Assembly (NCBI GenBank): GCA_001724265.1
Contig: MEDY01000031.1
Coordinates: 62,001 to 121,149, forward strand
Reading direction: 5' to 3'
DNA: 59,149 nucleotides
Source: Rhizaria sp. SCN 62-66
Lineage: Eukaryota
Within the stretch, counting starts at the first letter, position 1. Each line of letters opens with the position of its first letter. Of this stretch, positions 54,049 through 59,149 are shown piece by piece. The notes beneath the pieces were generated by a model. That model did no database searches. It had not been told where the DNA came from and saw nothing but the letters and a program-made list of their open reading frames with translations. Made by a program: the position numbers and the translations under genes.

Positions 54049-55555
54049 TCACTCCGCGCTGTTATCGTCGTCTTTCTTCTCGGCGCTCTTCTCCGCTGCC
54101 GCAGCAGTCGCCGCCGCCGGTGCGTGCTCCATGCCGAGGATCTTGTCCGCGTCGAGCACGAGCGTCAGCGGCGCGTGGTCCGAGATACGCCCGGCCTCGC
54201 CGGCGCCGCTGCCCGCGAGGCGCTCGTCCCCGACCGCGACGCCGCGCAGCGCAGCGCCGGTCAGCGCGGGCGAGAGCAGGAAGTAGTCGATGCGCCAGCC
54301 TGCGTTCTTGGCGCGCGCCGCGAAGCGGTGGCCCCAGTACGTGTACCCGCGCCGCGCGGGGCCCCAATGAGCGCGGAACGCGTCCGTGAGCCCGCCGCGC
54401 AGCAGCGCACTGAAGGCCTCGCGCTCGTCGTCCGTGAAGCCCTTGGAGCTACGAGAGAGAAAATACGCAAAACATAGTACAAGATACAACAGAGTATCCA
54501 TCAGATCTACAAGATATAAATGCAAAGATAAGCAGCCAACGCATCGTGAATAGCAAAATATATCGCGAGAAATGTGGATAGCGCAGTGTGACGTACTTGT
54601 GGTTGGTCGACGGCGAGTGGAGGTCGATGGGCCTGTGTGCGACGTTGAGGTCGCCGCACCACACCACGGGTTTGGCCTCCTGCAGCCGGTTCAGGTACTC
54701 GCGCATTGCCGCCTCCCACACGCGCGCGCGGAAGTGCAGGCGCTCGAGCTTGTCGCCCGCGTTGGGCACGTACGTCCCCACCAGGAAGAACGCGGGGTAC
54801 TCGACGGTGATCACGCGGCCCTCGCTCGCGTTGATCGCCCAGGCCTCGGCGTACGCGGCCGCGGAGACGTCGGGCGCCGCCGCGTTGGGTTCAAGCCCCT
54901 CACAGCCCGTCTCGTGCGCGATCGCGGGCACGCGCGCCAAGTTCGCGGCGGGCGGCTTGGCGCGGTTGTCCGCGTCGAAAGGGCGCGGCGCGAGCGAGTC
55001 GGTGCACGACACGCGCAGTGGCTTGCCCAGACGGCCGTCCTTGCGCACCAGCAGCGCCGTGCCCGCGTACCCAGCCGTGGTGCCGCAGTTGTAGTGCACA
55101 GCGTAGCCCAGCGTGGCCATGCCCTCGCGCACGCCGACGAACTGCGCCTCGGTGCCCTTGACCTCCTGCAGCATCACCGCGTCTGGCCGCGGCGCGCGCG
55201 CCTTGAGAAACGGCATCAGCTTGTTCTTGACCGCGGCGCGGAGCCCGTTGACGTTGAAGGTCATGATGTGCACGTCCGACGCGCGCGCGGGCGAGGGCAG
55301 CGCGGTGTCGGACTCGTCGACCTCGCCGACGTCGTCCTCCGCGCGCGCGCCGCCCTTGCGTGCGGGCGACTTAGAGGGCGCGCTGCCCTCCTCGCTGTCG
55401 CCCGTCGACACGCGCGCGCGGCCGCGCTTCGCAACGGGGGCCACCACTACGTCGTTCGAGTCGCTGGCCGTCTCGGTCTGGGTGGCAGCGGCGGCGGGGG
55501 CAGTCGACTTGATCGGCGATGCTGCACGCTTGCGCGGGGATTGGCGTGTGCTCAT
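54049..55555 (-). CDS. APEX1: AP endonuclease / exodeoxyribonuclease III family (APE1-like), 2 exons
   Basis: TFNVNGLRA, LQEVK, GYAGTA, EGRVITVEY, YVPNAG, WCGDLNVAH | intron 54596-54449 | GFTDDER, DAFR, YTYW, GWRIDYFL, SDHAP. Confidence 0.93.
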
Positions 55556-56156
55556 AAATCCTTGCAGTAAACAAAATCCAATTTAAATCCAAATTTAATC
55601 GTAAGATTTGTAATTTGACAAAAGAGTTTCAGTGCATACGACGGATGTTGCATGTCATTATGCAACTTTAAAGTTACACTGACCTGTGGCGCGAAGCAGA
55701 CTGGATCGGTGACCTGGCGCTCTCGCTGCTTCACCACAATCAACTGAGGTGGGTAATCAAATGAAGGATTGTGACGATGCTGACCGCCGTTGAAGAATTC
55801 GGTGTCAATTGGAAAAATTAAATACCTGTTTGTCTTCATCCCTTTAATTGTGAGTGCATTGGTGACCGACTTTCAAATGTACTCGCGCTTTGAAATAACC
55901 GTTGAAGGATAAGCACTCAGTCTCGAAGAAACGTGCTGAGTCACTTGTTTGGACACTCATAGAGGCGTTCAAACGGGATGTACATAACAGCTCCAACAGT
56001 ATTGACGTCGCTTTAATGTGGCACACCTTGCATTCTCCTGTCTGCTGCTCACCTTGCTCTTGATCCACCACCTGTACTGTCCTTCGTCCCCTTGCATTGC
56101 CTTCGCGTGTCACTCCGCTGCAACACCGCAACGGTCACACACAGCCCCAGCCCTCA

Positions 56157-57515
56157 ATGTCGACCGCTGTGCGCATCCAGGTGCGCGGCCCCGACAACGC
56201 GCGCCACGTGCTCACGCTGCCCGCGTCTGCGACGTACGCGCAGCTCGTCACCGAGGTCACCGCGCTCTTCAGCGGCTCAATCTCCTCCCCGGAACTGCTC
56301 GCGGGCTTCCCGCCCGTGGTGCTGCGCGACCCCAGCCCGGCGGGCGCGACGCTGCTATCGGCGCTCTCCCCGCCCGTGCGCAACGGCACCTCGCTCACCG
56401 TGCAGCAGGCCGAGTCGTCGTCACTGGCCATCGAGGGCGGGTCCTGGGACCTGCCGCCCGTCCTTAACGCCTCGGCCTTCGCGCATGCGGGCGGGCGCGG
56501 CGCCGTGGTGCGCATCTGCGTGCCCTCGGACAACTCGTGCCTGTTCCACGCGGTGAACCTTACGCTGCGCGGGCTGACGCCCTCCCACGCGGCCGCCGAT
56601 GCGGCCCGCGAGACGATCGCGAACCTGCTGGCGACGGAGCCGACGGTGTGGACGGCTGAGGTGCTCGGCATGAGCAGCGCGGCCTACCAGCGTCACATCA
56701 TGCGCTCGGACTCTTGGGGCGGCGCCATTGACTGCGTGCTGCTCGCGCGCCACTTCCGCGCGGAAATCGTGGTGCTGGACTACTTCAACCTGGCCGAGCA
56801 CGTCTTCGGCGACGGCGAGGGTTACTCGCGCCGCGTCTACCTGCTCTACCGCGACGACGGGCAGCACTCGCACTACGACGCGCTGGCCTTCGCGCCCGCG
56901 GGCAGCTCCGCGCTCGAGGACCAGTGGCGCAACGCGCAGTCGGCGCAGGTGCCGCAGACGTCGACTCCACTCACCGCGGCCGCGGCCTCGCCCACCGGCC
57001 GCGGCAACGCCTGCGTCGCCGTGTCGGGCGGCGCGGCGGGCGAGCAGCTGGCGTTCGCACCGCAGGACCGCGCCGTGTGGGAGGCGATGCGGCGCGCGGC
57101 GGAGCAGCTGCACGGCTCGGCCGCCGACCAGGGTCGGTGCCAGCGCGTCGCGCACTGGCGCAAGGAGCTCCTCGCCGCGCCCGCCAAGCCCGGCGACGCC
57201 GCGCGCACCAAGGTTGTCGACGGAAACATCGTCTCCTCTTCGGCGGCTGCGGGCAGCGCGTCTGCCAAGGCATCGCCCATGATCGCGGCCATGCCCGTGC
57301 CCTCCGCAGCGCCCGCGCCCGCGCCTGTGTCGGTGTCCACGGCTTCGTCGTCATCAGCGTTTTCGTCGTCTTCGTCGTCAGCGTCAGCGAGGTCGCCGTT
57401 CGCGTCCCCCATCACGCGCGGCCCAGTGACCACGGTGCCCGTGTCGGCGCCCGCGTCCTCGACCGCGACTGTGACCAGTTCCAATGCGAGTAGCGGCTCT
57501 GGTAGCGGCGTGAGC

Positions 57516-57571
<56 letters not shown>

Positions 57572-58259
57572 TTCCGGGGACGTGTGGGTGTGCGGCACAT
57601 GCACATACAACAACAAGCCGCTCGTCCCGCAGTGCGGCATGTGTAGCGCCACAAACCCGGTGTACTTGGCCGCGCTCGAGCACGGTGACGACTTCGCGCG
57701 CGCCGGCGACGACGACCACGGAACGCATGCTGCCCATGGTCAGTCCTCCACCGTCGGTTCCCGGTCTAATAATAACAACAACGGAGGGGACTACGTGCGG
57801 CCGCCGGATGAGACGCGTCGCATGCGCCTCATGGACGACTTCGACTCTGCGCCCGCGTCGCGGTCCGTCAGTAACGTCAGCAACAGCGGCGCCGGGCACA
57901 ACAACAACAGCAGGGCGCGCGCGGCGGTGCGGCCGTTCAACTGTGAACGGTGCACGCTGTTTAACGAGGCCGGCAGCGAGGCCTGCGACGCGTGCGGCTC
58001 CGCGCCGCCTGCCGACGCGCTCCCGTAGGCAAGCCCCTCCTCATCAGCAGCCCGCACTCCCAGCGGCAACGGCGGCAGCGGTGGCGGCGGCAGCGGGGGC
58101 TTCATGTCGCAGCTGATGGGCGCGGGGACCATCCCGGACTGGACGTGCGAGAACTGCCATACTGTGCAGCCGGGGAACATGGCGCGCTGCCGCGCGTGCA
58201 ACATCCCCAACGAGCAGTTCCTCGCTGCGCAGAACGAGGGCGGCTGCACCGTGCAGTGA
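56157..58259 (+). CDS. OTU1/YOD1-like deubiquitinase with ubiquitin-like N-terminus, three RanBP2-type zinc fingers and CaaX, read through an in-frame TAG at 58026-58028
   Basis: IQVRGPD..LLAGFPP; VPSDNSCLFHAV, WGGAID, HYDAL; fingers WVCGTCTYNN..CGMC, FNCERCTLFN..CDAC and, after the TAG, WTCENCHTVQ..CRAC; ends CTVQ-TGA. Confidence 0.88.
57516..57572 (+). repeat. (GGCGCG)n coding hexanucleotide repeat, (Gly-Ala)n linker
   Basis: About 9 copies, read directly. Confidence 0.9.
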
Positions 58260-58615
58260 GCAGTGAGTGAGCGACGACGCGCAGACAACGGAGAGCTCGC
58301 GAGCGTGTATATAGTGACTGTGACTGAGACTGGGCTGTGAGGCGACCGGTGACGAATGTGATTTGTTGTACAGACAAGAAACTAGGGCCGCTGGGTGACG
58401 ATAATGAAAAGGGCCGAGCCCATTAAGAAATAAAGTATCCTTTAACATGAAAGCACTCGCATCTCTAGAAAGCTTCCTAGGTCTGAAACGACGACTTGAA
58501 AAGAATAGCGACTGCGACATAACTTAAAACACGAGTAATAGTACGGTGGTATTAACGAGTTATTTAATGGTCCCTGGGTTGTATTTTGTTGTGATGGTAG
58601 ATGAGTGTTGTGTGC

Positions 58616-59149
58616 TTACGCGCGGCCAGCCTTGGCGAGGGCCTTAGCACGGGCATCGATGGCGTTGACGAAGACACCCTTGCCCTTGGGAAGGGAGATC
58701 CACGACTCGGAGCCCTGGCCAATGACGAAGACGTTCGACTTGCTGTGATTGAAAAGAAGATGAGGAAACAAGTGTAAGAGGAAGAGAGAATAGAGTGAGT
58801 GAGAGAGTTCAAAGAAGAGAGAGATGTTGCGGCACGAGCCGTTGGTTCATCACATTTGCGGTGGTTATATATGAATGGGGGGTGTAGAGAGTATTGTTTA
58901 AGAGGTCAGGAATGTCTGTGAAACTTAAGTGATCTTCAGCAGCACTGAGTGCCTCAAAGCGAGCTGGGTTAATTGATTCATCATCCGAAAACAGGGTATC
59001 TACAAGGGGACATCGCGTGGATGTGTGTGCGTGTGTGTGTGTGCGGATGTGTGTTACGTACCGGGTAGCGAAGGAAGCGCCGGTGGTGTCCTTGATGTGG
59101 ACGATGTCGAACGCGCCGGGGTGGAGGTCGATGGCGGAGATGAGACCGG
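58616..59149 (-). CDS. RPS4: 40S ribosomal protein S4 (eS4), last two exons; 5' part beyond window
   Basis: GLISAIDLHPGAFDIVHIKDTTGASFATR | intron 59061-58743 | KSNVFVIGQGSESWISLPKGKGV..-TAA. Confidence 0.95.
58904..58986 (-). ncRNA. Intronic box C/D snoRNA, SNORD29/snR71-like
   Basis: Inside the RPS4 intron, sense strand: GG-ATGATGA-atcaatt-AACCCAGCTCGC-t-TTGA...CTGA-CC; guide antisense to LSU GUGAGCUGGGUU, with the D'+5 rule pointing at the A of GAG. Confidence 0.85.

Noticed and set aside
54449-54451. TAG ending ORF 54449-55555 as a fourth recoded codon or true TAG stop
   Set aside because: It is the 3' splice acceptor (TAG) of the APE1 intron.
55676-55737. Possible hairpin GAAGCAG/CTGCTTC between APE1 and the OTU gene
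   Set aside because: Short stem, no box motifs or guide; compatible with chance.
39147-58028. Pyrrolysine/selenocysteine recoding or pseudogenisation as the cause of the internal stops
   Set aside because: The codons are TAG, not TGA, and lie in non-catalytic linkers; no pyl genes are seen. The genes show no frameshifts or motif decay, so three independent pseudogenes all hit only by TAG is less parsimonious, though not formally excluded.
13500-58600. Search of spacers for a tRNA gene (especially CUA anticodon) or mobile-element genes
   Set aside because: No cloverleaf with A/B boxes and no transposase or reverse-transcriptase motifs recognised by eye; a tRNAscan-SE run is needed to exclude.

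Overview
Gene-dense, GC-rich nuclear DNA of a microbial eukaryote (spliceosomal introns, Arp2/3 subunit, eS4, myotubularin, snoRNAs). I read about 19 protein genes separated by short AT-richer spacers. One is a >4,480-codon minus-strand ORF (13444 to the window edge) that the ORF track misses; it carries ~30 copies of a 24-aa helical repeat. The others are ALKBH8/Trm9, a bacterial-type GT4 glycosyltransferase, ARPC3, DUF1764, a FYVE-myotubularin, ALKBH1, PUS10, a receiver-domain protein, a papain-family protease, APE1, an OTU1-like deubiquitinase, RPS4 and several orphans. Headline: three unrelated genes each contain one in-frame TAG (39147, 46588, 58026) with coding sequence continuing in frame past it. 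This includes the catalytic R-x5-R motif of ALKBH1 and a zinc finger plus CaaX box of the OTU protein. All 18 inferred termini are TAA (8) or TGA (10). This points to UAG being read as sense (Gln or Leu) while UAA stays stop, a rare decoupled nuclear code; readthrough, editing or base-call error cannot be excluded from sequence alone. Also notable: all 12 inferred introns start GTACG, there is an intronic SNORD29/snR71-like snoRNA and an intergenic snoRNA cluster, and conserved enzymes are broken up by large Ala/Gly/Ser-rich insertions. All family calls are from motif recognition by eye, not database searches.
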